The notes below the pieces were generated by a model. It saw only the letters and a list, made by a program, of their open reading frames with translations. It was not told where the DNA came from and made no database searches. A stretch of DNA of 63,987 bases, the filler included, from Choristocarpus tenellus KU-1152 (taxonomy: Eukaryota; Protista; Phaeophyceae), in NCBI GenBank assembly GCA_964200185.2. It is 9 parts of 9 records of this genome, joined end to end, with 100 filler letters (N's around TTAATTAATTAA, not from the genome) between each part and the next. Parts side by side here need not be neighbours in the genome. Positions count along the whole stretch, not along the records: positions 12,259 to 23,228 come from CAXNAD020002598.1; positions 23,329 to 28,051 come from CAXNAD020013330.1; 7 more parts are not named here. One strand, 5' to 3'. Position numbers and translations under genes: made by a program. This document shows, one piece after another, positions 12,299-24,300 of this stretch; the stretch's first letter is position 1, and every line of letters begins with the position of its first letter.

Positions 12299-13573
12299 CT
12301 GAGACGACTGGTGAACAGTTCTGGGTGCTCCTCCCTATGGGTGTGAAATGCGGAGGCAGCGATAGCATCCACTCCAAAGCTGAAGTAGTTGCAGAACACT
12401 GCATCATAGCTCATCCAGCTCTTTGAGCGTGGTGTTGATGATACCATTGTTGATACCATTGTTGATACCATTGTTGATACCATTGTTGATACCATTGTTG
12501 ATACCATTGTTGATACCATTGTTGATACCATTGTTGATACCATTGTTGATACCATTGTTGATACCATTGTTGAACAATTGATTGTCACCACCACACAGAA
12601 ACAAGCAATCACATAAGATAAATAGTTGCAGCAGCAGCCAGCGCAGCATAGCAAGGGTCAGTCCCATCTAGTCTAGTCTAGTCTCCCATCTGGTCCAGTC
12701 TACAAATAGTTCAGTCTGAGGAAGGCATAGTTGTCTGTTATCATACCGTTATTGCTGTGTGTCATACACCGCCATACCGTTAGAGATTCCTTGCCAGGAA
12801 TCCCAGATTCTAGTGGAGGATTCCTTGTGGCGCACATTATCATCATGTTCAACTATTATGATCATAAGTGAGAGACAGTCCACGGAATCTCTTCAAGAGA
12901 CCACTCCCACAGGTGGTGCACTTCTCTTCATTCAGAGATACCAAGAATCTAAGATTCCCTTTTTCACGTTATGTCCTGTCACTCTGACCATCCTTGTCTG
13001 ACTTGAACACTCCACCGCTAATCACACGATGATTCGCACTGATTTCATTTCACGACTCTACTCGAGGTCGTTTTTTTACAACACTAAAAAAAAGAAAATA
13101 TTGTCCTGTATTGACCTGTTCTACCTACGGTAGGTGACATCAAGTGTCACCCCTCAACTTCTTTTTTTTTGCATGAAAGCGAAATGTCTCTTTTTATAAA
13201 AAAAAAAATCGGAAGAACACCGTGTTGCCAAAAAAAAAAAAAAAAACAGCTCTATTTTTTTCTGTTTTTCTTTTTTTAAAAAAAAAAAAAAAAAAAAATA
13301 AATTTTNNNNNNNNNGTCAGTGGTAAGAATGATACAAAGTGTATCTATTATTGTCCTACCCCCCCCAAAAAAAACAGCATCTGTCTGTCAGATAATGCAA
13401 AGTGTGTCTTGTTTAAAAACAATTCTACCAAAATCATTATCTTCTCTTGTTAAGCACGTTTGGAGGTCCACTCCTGGTAAGTCTTCGGATAACAGCAGTT
13501 GCAGGGTACTGGACTGCGCATCTTTATGAAGACAAAATCACTTCAAAAACACTGCAACGTATTGATAATAATA

Positions 13574-13611
<38 letters not shown>

Positions 13612-16600
13612 CAAACAATGGGGTCATCTGATTTTTTAAATCAATCCCCAATGGGTAAATCCGTAGTAAGAAAATGCTTTCAGGTCTTTGGCCGTTGGTC
13701 GTCTTCATATTCCCCACAAGGAGTACTTTCAAGTGCATTGGAGCAAGAACATGCACGTCCTCCGGCGTAACACTTTCCTTTGTGCTAACTCAAATATAGA
13801 CCTAAACTACCAAAAATAACACTTACACCGACACTTGGCAGGCAATACCACCAAAAATGCACGCCAGCTTTACGCCCGAACCTTTCCTCCTCCAAATCAG
13901 TCAGTAGTGAGGACAAAGTCCCACTCAAACTCAGATCGGAACAATCATCACACTTTAAGGAGCTCTCAGTGAACTTTTGCAGACCCCCAACAACCCCCCC
14001 CCCCTCCCCAAATGCATCAACAACTAAAGGGCTCACCTTGAAATTCTGTATCACAGATATAGAAGGCATCGGCCTAATTTTCCGATTCAAGGGGGTTGTC
14101 GATGACGGTGGCAACATCACACCCAAGTCCCCCTCCTCATAATCAGGATAATCTCCTACAGAGCCAGTTGGAACACCACCTCCCTCTCCCTCGTCCTCCT
14201 CACTATCATGAAGCTTTTCTTCCACTTTAACCTTGGAAGCTCCACCCACCAGCTCACCATCTCTCACCCCACCCAACCCCTCTCCCACTGAAGCACCCCC
14301 TTCTACAGCCACCACCTCTCCTGAAACTCCCAACCCAGCAGATACCTCTGTGACACTAAGTACTTCCTCCTCATCCTCCTCGACCTGCATCACCTCTGGT
14401 TTCCCTGATTGCACCACTACAGTTGTTTCCTCCCTCACTGCCTGAGTATCACTCATGGTGGTTTTATCAAGTATGCCTGCTACAACTTTTGTAGAGTTTG
14501 AAACCATCCCTGTTCCCTGCATCAAATCTGGTGTACCTTTTACTGTACCTTTTTCAGCCTCGATGGACATTTCTCCACTTTCTTTTCCTTCTGCTTTCTC
14601 TTCTTCTTGAGTAACTGCTTCCACTTTTTCTGCCCCTACCCCCACTTCTATTTCTAATATACCTTTTCCTTTCACCTCTTTCCCTTCCTCTCCCCCATCT
14701 CCTCCATCTCCAGTACCTGCAGCTGATTCTTCCGTCTTTGCCTTCAAATCACCCAAAAACCCACCCACTGCTTCATCCTCTGGGTTGATGACAGCAGCTG
14801 CTTTGACCTTGTCACCTTCTGTGGTTTTGACAGGCATGGAAGGCTGTGCTTGTTCATCCTTTGCCTGTGCGCCCTCCAATTCTGTATCCAGCGCTGCTGG
14901 CAGTACTGGTCCTTCCTTCTCCGCCTCTACATCATCTTCCTCTCCTGAATCAGATTTATGACCCGACCAAGCCCCTTTCAACATCCCAGAACTGTCCTCA
15001 TCTTTGCCATCCACCTCTCCGACTACCTTTGTGAAACCACAATTATAGGTGTATGGGGGGCAGGGGAGGAGAACGGGAGGAAGGGTTAGGGGTACGAGGA
15101 CCGAAAGGATGACAAGGGGGACTGGAGGAAGACCTTGCCACATGGGATGTCATCCTTGGATCAGTGTGCATGATATTGTCAAAAGGTAGCGTCTCTCAAT
15201 ACTCTGGGGCAATTAGAAGCACCAAATTTGTGCTAAAGTGACACCTGAGGTATTGGCAGCTGAAAAACATCCTGTCATCCAAACATCATTTTCATAGGAA
15301 CGCCAAATTCCACCATAGTCTGCTGTGCTGGAGCTAATAGAGGACACCAAAGGGGAAGCACATGCACACCAGGGCAAACAAAAACACACCCTGTGACCAT
15401 AGCCCCTCCCCCCATTTACCGTCTGTGGGTACAAAGAAGATAGGAATACTTGCTATCTATGGGATCACACAAAAAAGACAACAGTTCACAACAAAACAAC
15501 CTACCCTAACCCTAACTCTATGCCCAAACGCACGCAAGGAGCAAAGTCCTCCATCCCTCCTCAACATCCGACCTTGATAAAGGCTTTTTTAATTGATTGA
15601 AACACCTTCAAAGCACCCACCCACCCACCCACCCACCCCAAAAAATCAACCAGCAAATCCCAGCAGTCATTCCGTTACCTCTGGTTGGACACTGACTTGA
15701 TGAGCAGATCCCTTCACCTCAATGCGACTGTCATGCCTCCGAGAGGCTGCCTCGTGTCCCAGTAAATTCTGGTTCAACAAGACCGTCGAGTGTGCTGGTG
15801 GGACCATACCATAAAAAGAGAGTTGGGGGGGGGGGGGGGGGCGCGATGAGGCGTGGCATAATATTGCAGGGGCATCAAGATACTCAAGGACAAGACATTG
15901 CTCCTTCAATTTATAATATTACTGATGCTGCAAGGCCGGCATTATAGATGTGTGCGCAGCATGTGGAACATGGTGCACTAAAGGAGGAAAACATAACAAA
16001 AAATGGAATCTCTTTTCAATGGAGTTTTGAGTTTGTTTGGACCTGCCTACACGAGGTCAAGAGTACACACCACACACATACACTCAACACACAGACACTC
16101 AACACACACACACTGAACAAACACACCCCAAGAAGAAGAACAAAAAAAACATCGCCAACATAGGAAGGTGTTGACATTACTATCAAGGGCACCTAAAAAA
16201 ATTGTATACTCCTTCCTACATTGCATACATGTGGGGGGGAGGGCAGGGGGGTTCAGTAGGATACTGGTGAGGTGTGCATCTGTGAGTGGCGTGGGGTCAA
16301 ACATGTATTGATCTTGAGTAGTTCATACCTTGAGAAGACATCCTTTCGGAGAAGGTGCGCCCCATTCTCATAACACGCTGCCCAGTGGCACCTTGTTCCC
16401 CCTCCCCTCCCTCTTGGTCACCTCCTCCCCTCTCCTTCTTGCCATATCCAAATTCACCCATGCGTCGCCTAGAAGCAGTGGTCCTGAAAACAGCAGCACT
16501 GGCTATAGCCGCTTCACTAGACAAAGAGGGTGATATCTGAGAAAAAGAAAACTTTTCCGCATGGGTTGGCATGGAGTCATACTTGTGTATGGTGAAGGTA

Positions 16601-18735
16601 GGAGGCACAGTAGCCTTGGCCTTAGCACTGTCAAATATGGGCTCGTAGGGCATCACTGAGAGCAGCCACCTGATCAGCACATCAGGTACAACAGTACCAC
16701 GCAAAAACAAAAGAATCGATCAACACATCAGCGAGAATGAGGGCACAAGGTCGCCCCAACCTGTCTGTTCAATATTATATATATATATATATATATATAG
16801 TGTAAGTAGCTGCGAAAGCTTCTGATTGTGAATAATGTTCGTTTGGTGGGTTCATGAGCAGTTAGTTCAGGCAGGCACAGAAAGTGACTTCGTGGTTGGA
16901 GACTTGAATCATAACACCCAACTCACCTATCCAGCTGAACTGGAGAAGCACACTTCACCCTGTCCAAAAAATTTTCCGTGAGCATTGATGGACTGAAGCC
17001 AGGCCCCCATCGAAAAGACCTTGCAAGGTCATTCCCTGGCATAGGTGAGGGGGAAGAAGAGGGAGTGTAAGATGACGAAGACAACGGGCAGTTGACTCAA
17101 AGTTTCGCCATGTTGAGTTTTTAAAAGTCAACAGAAGTCTACCAAAGATCCTCTTATTCTTGGGTGGAATTCCTTGATAAAGACAACAGGAATGATGTTG
17201 TTCCTCAAACCCATTTACCAGAGGCTCAAAGTATCTGGGGGGTGGTGGTGGCGGCTGTCCATTTGGGGTCAATTTTTTCATTTCGCGATTTTTGTGTAAT
17301 TTGGTTGCATATGTCGGATGGATCATATCAATTCACTTTTCCTGATTTTGATCCAAATGGACACCCTGGTTTAGACCTCACCCCCCTCCAAGATACTTTG
17401 GGTCTGAAACACTGTCACCGATAGCAACAAGGACCTGCTGAGTGAGGCATTTATAGGCACCACTCAGCACATGGAATAAACTTATGGCGCAAACAGAGGA
17501 AAGGTAACCAAGCGATACCACTCGAAATTTTCCATCTTCTTGATGGGAGATGAGCTTAGAAACATAAAAGGGGAGTCTCGCAGTTAACATGAGTTGAATA
17601 TGCACCTAGCCCGCTTTCAAGACCAGTAAGATGCCTGTAAGACGATACACCATGTACAGTGATCAGTAGTATAAAATATATCCCTTGCCTTGTATAGAAC
17701 GTGCTCCCCTTTATCGGGGCAGAGAGGCAAGCAACTACAATCCATATTCCCAACCAGATTTTTCGTGATGGACGGGGCCCACCCAGCTTGCCTGTTCCCA
17801 GAGGCATCATCGCTACCGGATAGGAGCCTTCTGGTGCTCCTAGGCGATCTATGCATGAAAGGATCCATCCCATGGTCCCATCTCCGCCGCAAATGAGCAC
17901 CTAGATTGTGAATGAGAAGTGGGTCGATGGGTCAAGAGTGTAGTCAAGCGCCTTGTTCGGTCATGCGAGTCACACCAGTTCTCACAAGTGCCTCGACAAC
18001 TTAAATACATCGGTTGGAAGATGGATAAAGCAACTCTCCCATAATCATGGTTTGCATTTGAACACCTCCAGCACATGGTCCAGTAAGGCAGATCTAGCTA
18101 TAAATGATCAACTTTTTCGGTTTGGGTTGTTGGTACAAAGCCAAAAGCCTCGTTTCTTAGGCGACCTCACACCGAAATTCAGCTTATTTATCATCCTAAC
18201 GATTGAAAACACATGCACATCATCGTCTAGGTAGGAACCTCTTGGTGTCGGCTACTAAGAATAGGTCTAGCAATTACATTGCCTACAACAAATTAGAAGT
18301 AGGGCAACTGTTTCCATCACCTTCAAGCCAGTCACGCCTTTGAACTGTTCCAGCTTTTCCTCCGGGGACCATTTCTTCTCCACTACCTCTTGAAGATCAA
18401 ACACGCTGTTGGAGGAAAGCGCGTTGCATGGGCAGAGTGTCGACAAGGGAAATACTCTACACACGATACGTAGTGTTCTTCAACATGATGTTGAAGGAAG
18501 GAGCAACACTTCGAGAAGCGATTATAGCAAGATGAACGAGTGCCTCAAAAACAGAGTGCAGATGCAATGAGACCTCACGACTGAGAGAGTATACTCACTG
18601 GTCAGACCCAATAAGACTTGTCATCGCCTTCAGAACTTTCCCGCCCATTTGACCACCACTTTTGCTGTTGAGAAAGACCACGACAGGCGAATCCTCTTTG
18701 CCAGGGGCATCATCTGCAGTTGACTTGGAGACCAT
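12299..18735 (-). CDS. DGK: Diacylglycerol kinase, multi-exon, 3' end cut by contig end
   Basis: Exons: 18735-18599 ([14 protein letters not shown]), 18405-18321 (VFDL), 17900-17792 ([20 protein letters not shown]), 17035-16927 ([14 protein letters not shown]), 16669-16329 (WLL..), and 12420-12299 ([30 protein letters not shown], accessory domain). Phases of the first five exons are consistent. Middle exons are only approximate. Confidence 0.9.
12440..12573. repeat. 12-bp minisatellite (GATACCATTGTT) x ~11, intronic in DGK
   Basis: Perfect tandem units lying just upstream (- strand) of the AAG acceptor at 12421-12423. Confidence 0.95.
13785..15027 (-). CDS. Large Glu/Gly/Val-rich low-complexity exon, probably internal to the DGK gene
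   Basis: More than 400 open codons on the same strand, between the DGK catalytic and accessory exons. Acceptor ...cacaaag|GTAGTC near 15027. The true donor is uncertain. Confidence 0.7.
17223..17404. mobile_element. MITE family B (~180 bp) in DGK intron
   Basis: TIRs GGCTCAAAGTATCT / AGATACTTTGGGTC. Homologous to 29550-29724 and 34403-34581. Confidence 0.85.
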
Positions 18736-19387
18736 ACCCCTTGCTACTTGTGATGGAGTGTGCACTTGAAGCTCTGTAACTTTCTTTGTCGGTCTTCTTT
18801 TGACACCAAGGTTCTGTTCTAATCTGTTTGTGATGAAAATTTATCAACTTTTTAAACCAGCCAAAGATGCATTCATGGATTCACAAAAATTACGTTTCAC
18901 AATACAACCTCCAATGAGAAGTCGAGTGTGAGAGCATGACATTCTCGACGGTTAAACCACTCCGTCAGACAGTGTCACAAATCTCCATCCATCAGGGTGC
19001 TTGTTTCAATTGATATCTCTTGCTCTAGACCACATACAGTACCTCGCACTTTTTGCCTTCTCTGACCGCAAGACTGGTGAGCATTATTCGCGACTTGTTT
19101 GTCTGCTTGACTTGTATCAAGTGATACCACCATCCAACTTACATCAACGGGTTGGGAGCACAACCTACGTGCAATGTCAACCTATGGATATGAGATAAAA
19201 AATTAGATGCTGAAGAGCAATCGCCCTGACCTCGGATCTAGCAGCAAAGTTAAAAACTTTCTCTCGTGATCTTTCGTGAATTAGCGTCAACTGGGTGGAC
19301 AGTGTCTGTTCGTGTCACAGTCGAACCCATAGAGGGCCTATCAGTGGATATCTGGAGAAGTTACCATTGGACAATACTTCCGAAGTG

Positions 19388-22300
19388 ATGCTTCCACCAG
19401 ACGTCGGCGTTCCTACCACTCAAAAGTGGAATAGAAATGCAGATATGAAGCTCCGGGACTACGTGCTGAAGTATGGGGACATGGCATGGGTAAAAGTCGC
19501 CAACGCACTTCTCGAGGATCACGGGCAATTCACGGGGAAGGAGTGTGAGGAGAGGTAAGGAAGCGCGTAGGTAAGGAAGAGCATGTGGATTGGAGAGGGG
19601 AGTAGAGTTAAGATTTCGTTGAGTGGGTATGATTTGTTTCACATTAATATTAGCATTGGATCTGTTGTCCGCGAGGGGGGACATGTCTCCCTCCTACCAG
19701 CACGAAATCAAGTGCATCACAGGTAGTTTGCGTAGTGCACTCGATAATGGAAGAAATTCCAGGTCTTATAGTGCAGGGAAAAGGATGAACGGAATTAAAA
19801 AGTGCCCAGTGCGTTAAAGTCGGTTGAGGAGTCTGGATATGCCCTCTGGTTAGGGGCATAGGCGATGCCTCCATCCCACACAGAAAATTGATCCCTGGCA
19901 GGCACCATTGAAGAGAGGGACTGCCGCATCAACCCAGTCGAGTGTTCTATAAATATTTCCCACCAATTAGAAAGATAGAGAGCGCTAAATCACTGATTGA
20001 AGAACATTTCATAGAAAATAGATTCAATTTTTTATCGGTCCACTAATGAGAAACTGCCATAGTGGAGAGAGAGGTTCCTGGTGTCTCCCCCTCTGTCACT
20101 CAAAATCCAGGACATCACCCACACAGCCAATCATTGATAGGTGGTCCTCGTTCCCCTATGGGTTCAACTCAGTCCCTCCAACCAGCCCTGGTTATTCTCA
20201 TTTATTGAGTTCTAGTCCATTACGCATCTCTGCCCCTGATCAGGTGGAACTTTGTGCAAGAGAACCACGTGAGGGGTCCATGGTCCAGTGAGGAGGATGA
20301 TCACCTCAGGGAGCTGGTTGCACACTTTGGAGCTAAGAAATGGTAAGGCACCTAATTGTGTTGGTTTTTGAGGGGATGCAAAGTCGTTGAGGTATGTTAA
20401 TGAGATTTGCGTATAAGTGATAGTGTGGCATTATGGCAGCTAGAGTGATGATTGTACCTTCCATAGGCAGCCTGAAAAGGAAACAGGAAAAAGGTGGTCT
20501 TGCCTACTCCCATGAATCGAATTTCCCCCTTGTGAGACAAACAAGTGCAAACATACTTCGCTCACATACCTGTGTTTGCCCTGAGTGGTCCCATCACTGA
20601 TGCAACCACACCTGCTGCATAGATGCTGCTCCATTGCAATGTGTGTTGTGTGATGTGCTTGGGATAAACACAACGCAAGTGCCACAATGGCCTAAGTTTG
20701 TTCCAAAATTTTGGAATCAATTTCATTACACTGATGTCTCTTAGGTGTGTCTGGAGTGTCTGAAGCCACCAGAAGAATTGGTCAGTGCCTATGCTCCTAG
20801 TATGTGTTGATTCTCCATGAAATCACACTCTCTGCTGTTGTACAGAAGCTCGCTACTATTAATGCCTTGGATGCACAATCAACACCTGATTAGATCCCAT
20901 CTTAATTCTTGTCAAGTCAAAGCGGCCAACCTCTGCTTTACTCAGGCTCTAACATGCTTCAGGATCTGACTTGATTTCTGTCTGGATACTGACCCGATTC
21001 TGACCCCACCCCCGCTAGTTTCCCATCGAAAGTGAGTCCTTCTCACTACTTTTGACCAAATCACAGACAAATTATGTTCCACTGACGCTGACGCATACAA
21101 ACATGAACTTTATGACCAAATGTTTCCTAGTCTTTCCTTAACATAGTGTCCACATTTCCCCCTCCTGTTCCCCTCCTTTCCCTCTTTCCAACCCTCCCCC
21201 CCACCCCCCCCACCATGCAATTCATCATTTTCCATCCACAGGAACTTCTTGGCTAGAGAATTCCCTGGACGTACTGGGAAGCAGTGTCGAGAGCGCTGGC
21301 ATAACCATGTGGATGAGCGTGTGAACAAGACAGAGTGGACAAAAGCTGTGAGTCGTAAGCATAGTCAGAGCTTGCCCTTCACCTCCTATGTCCCCTGCCC
21401 TCCTTCCAGCAAGTCTTTGTGTGGTTGTATTGTTTCCTGCCAAAACTGGCTAGGATATTTGCCCCTTCCCTCGCAAGTGTTCACTGGCTCTTTTCAAACA
21501 TGCTAGAGCACACTTCCATTTTCTTCCAGGTTGAGGATGTCACTGTAAGTTGAGTTTTTTTATGTTTTAAGGATCTCAGATCCAAAGATGGAGCGTGAAG
21601 ACATGCTGAAGGCCATGCTGAGGTAAATTTCGGTGCATGTGTATGTATATTACATATCTATTTTTCCCCATTTGTCCCTTTTGAAACATCAAAGCACCAA
21701 GCACTTTGAAATGGATGCATACAGCAGCACAGTAGTGCAAGAAACTAACCCCCCCCCAAAAAAAAACAGATACACGCACTAACTCTAGAAAGAATAGGAA
21801 CTCCCATTGAAGGAGCAGTTTGTGCGGGAATAAGGCCATAAGAGAATGCCTACCTCCAAAACACTCATGGCGGTTAGCAACTGTTGCAAAGGGAGGGCAG
21901 TAAGTATGGTGTTGTTGTACAAGTGTGGTGTGGGAGAAAGGGTGAAAGGAGGACTACATGAATCAACAGGTTTCCCTTTGGAGGAGACAGAATCATGTAC
22001 CACCTCACCCCACCCACGCAACAAAACTAATTTACGCCAAGCCATTCCCTCTTACCCTGTCTGCTTTCCCGTATCTTCATCTTTTCCACCCTCACCTGTT
22101 CCCCTAGCACTGCTGTTGCTCATGTGTGCACACACACCCAAGCTTCTCATAAACCCCACCCCTGCCAATCCTCACCACAAGACTCACTCACCCGCCCCCC
22201 CCTTTGCCCCTCCTGACCCTATGCAACCCTCCCTGTAAATGAAATGGCAGGAGGACCAGATGCTGTGTGATTACCAACAATTGATGGGCAACAAGTGGAG

Positions 22301-23140
22301 TGAGATGTCCAGGATATTCAATGGCAGATCTGAAAACTCCATTAAGAATAGGTGGGGTAATCCCCATTCACCAACTAAGTAGACAATGGAAAAAATGCTG
22401 CTAATAAATCCATGCAGTGCAAAGAAGAAGGGACATATGACACTCGTCCATGTCTACAATATATTCCTCCTCCTCCTTGTGCACCCCTTGGTCCTTTGCT
22501 GAGAACAAAGTACGAACCGAACCATGTTGAAACTTGAAGTAGAGTTAAACTTGAAGTAGAGTTCAATTATATTTACTGCGGTAGAGGATTCAAATTGTCA
22601 TCTTCTCCCATTCAGGTACGCCATGTGATCACCTCTTGTGCAACACACAGGGAGCACATATCAAGAACGATATATATATATATATATATATTGCTTCATC
22701 CTATAATGAACTCAGTCAACAGTGTACTGCCCAGCAAATGTATGCCTCCCAAGGCAGATCAGATACACACACCATGATGGTGGTAGTGGCTTTGCATTAA
22801 AAAAAATACTTTTCAGAGCTCCCTTACTCACCACCCTTCTCTTTGGACACATCTCCCCTACTCCGCCCTACATACTGGCATTGATAAATCCTCAGGTTCA
22901 ACTCCCTCTGTGCCAGGGGTATGGCTTCCAGAACATCTCGACCAAGCGATCTCCTCCAAAACACCATTGCCTCTTGCTCAGACTTAAAATCGAAGGTTGG
23001 TGCGGGTGCCATGGCACCACGCCATGACCAAGACCTCAACAAGTCCAATAACCGACCTTCTAAGGGACCTCACACTCGTGCTCCAAAGCAACCAAACATT
23101 ACAACCGTCTCTTCATCTTCAAGGAAAGTAGCATCTGAAG
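19388..23140 (+). CDS. Three-repeat (R1R2R3-like) MYB transcription factor, 3' truncated by contig end
   Basis: Exons: 19388-19554 (KW..D..LRDYVLKYGDMAW..GKECEER), 20244-20342 (W..RGPWSSEEDDHLRELVAHFGAKKW), 21242-21347 (PGRTGKQCRERWHNH..KTEWT), 22251-22351 (EDQML..GNKWSEMSRIFNGRSENSIKNR), 22896-23140. All GT-AG with consistent phases. Confidence 0.92.
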
Positions 23141-23349
23141 GTAAGGGGGGGGCTGTTGGCTGGGCAAGGGGTTCAAGGGTGAGCTGTTCGGGGTGGGAGG
23201 GAGGGAGCTGGCTCTCACCAGGGAGTAANNNNNNNNNNNNNNNNNNNNNNNNNNNNNNNNNNNNNNNNNNNNTTAATTAATTAANNNNNNNNNNNNNNNN
23301 NNNNNNNNNNNNNNNNNNNNNNNNNNNNGCCCCCAGACCATGTCTATCG

Positions 23350-24060
23350 GGTTCAATTCAAAGTGTCCTGTGAAGGGCAAGCGACAACTCGGAGCTCATT
23401 GTGCGTCAAAGTGTCCTGTGAGTGGCTTAAGAGGGAAAGTATCTTAGGGGGTACGGGTTTTGCCCTCTTCGTCCATTTAGGGCTTAACTTCCCATGAGTT
23501 CTTTTATGATATTTTCCTATTTCAAAATGTTTAGGAGTAGGTAAAGTATATATGTTATGAAAAGGTGTGTTTCGAACATGGATGTTAACACCTCCTAACA
23601 AACACAATAGTTAACATTACATCAAAATCGCAACATTGGGCTTTGGCCCCCAAATGGACGCGGCTCTATCCTCTAAGATACTTTGGCTCTTAAAGGGCGG
23701 ACCTCGGCTTTGTAGTGACGAATCTTGATTGTTTTGAAACGGTTGCCCAACGATTTAATCGGTAATCAGCATATCAAATGAACGCTCTGGATCTAGACAA
23801 TCGATTTATGCAAAGTAATTCTTTCGTAAAAATAATTTTGGTCGTGATAATTCATTCCGGAACATTTTCATGGTTGTGCCGAGAACATTCGTATAAAAGT
23901 TTAACCTTACCAAAATAATTCTCGGAAATAATTCCTTTTCGTCAGTCGATAGGTTAGATCAACAGCTTTCATTTGGTATGCTGAGAATTGTTTTACTCGT
24001 TGTGCAATCTTTAAAAAAAAAATCAGGAATGGTCTCATCCTTGAGGCAACTGCCAATACT
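23350..24060. mobile_element. Right end of the ~1.1-kb non-autonomous element family (same as 51950-52409), carrying a MITE-A insertion
   Basis: Collinear with 51950-52409 including the foldback and the TIR gaggcaactgccaatact. Confidence 0.8.
23431..23689. mobile_element. MITE family A (~260 bp)
   Basis: TIRs GAGGGAAAGTATCTTAG / CTAAGATACTTTGGCTC. The homologous host at ~52030 lacks it. Other copies at 28356-28623, 34332-34709 and 35416-35672. Confidence 0.87.
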
Positions 24061-24300
24061 TTCATGTCTTTCACTTCCTAATATATTGAAATATCCCATC
24101 TCAACTTCGAAACATGGAGAAAAGCAATATAGCCTCGGTAAGACCTTTGAGGCAACGCTCAACGCGACAAGGTTGGCGAGCCTATTTAGAGGCAGATACA
24201 GATGAACCACGTTGGTATACAGTGTCACACAGCTGGACAGGAGTGAGGAGGTAATGGAGCCCCCTAGGAGGAGGAGAAACTTCGCGGGTTCTCCCTGCAC

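Noticed and set aside
12404-12667. NNGI-repeat protein ORF
   Set aside because: Translation of the 12-bp minisatellite, with no other coding support.
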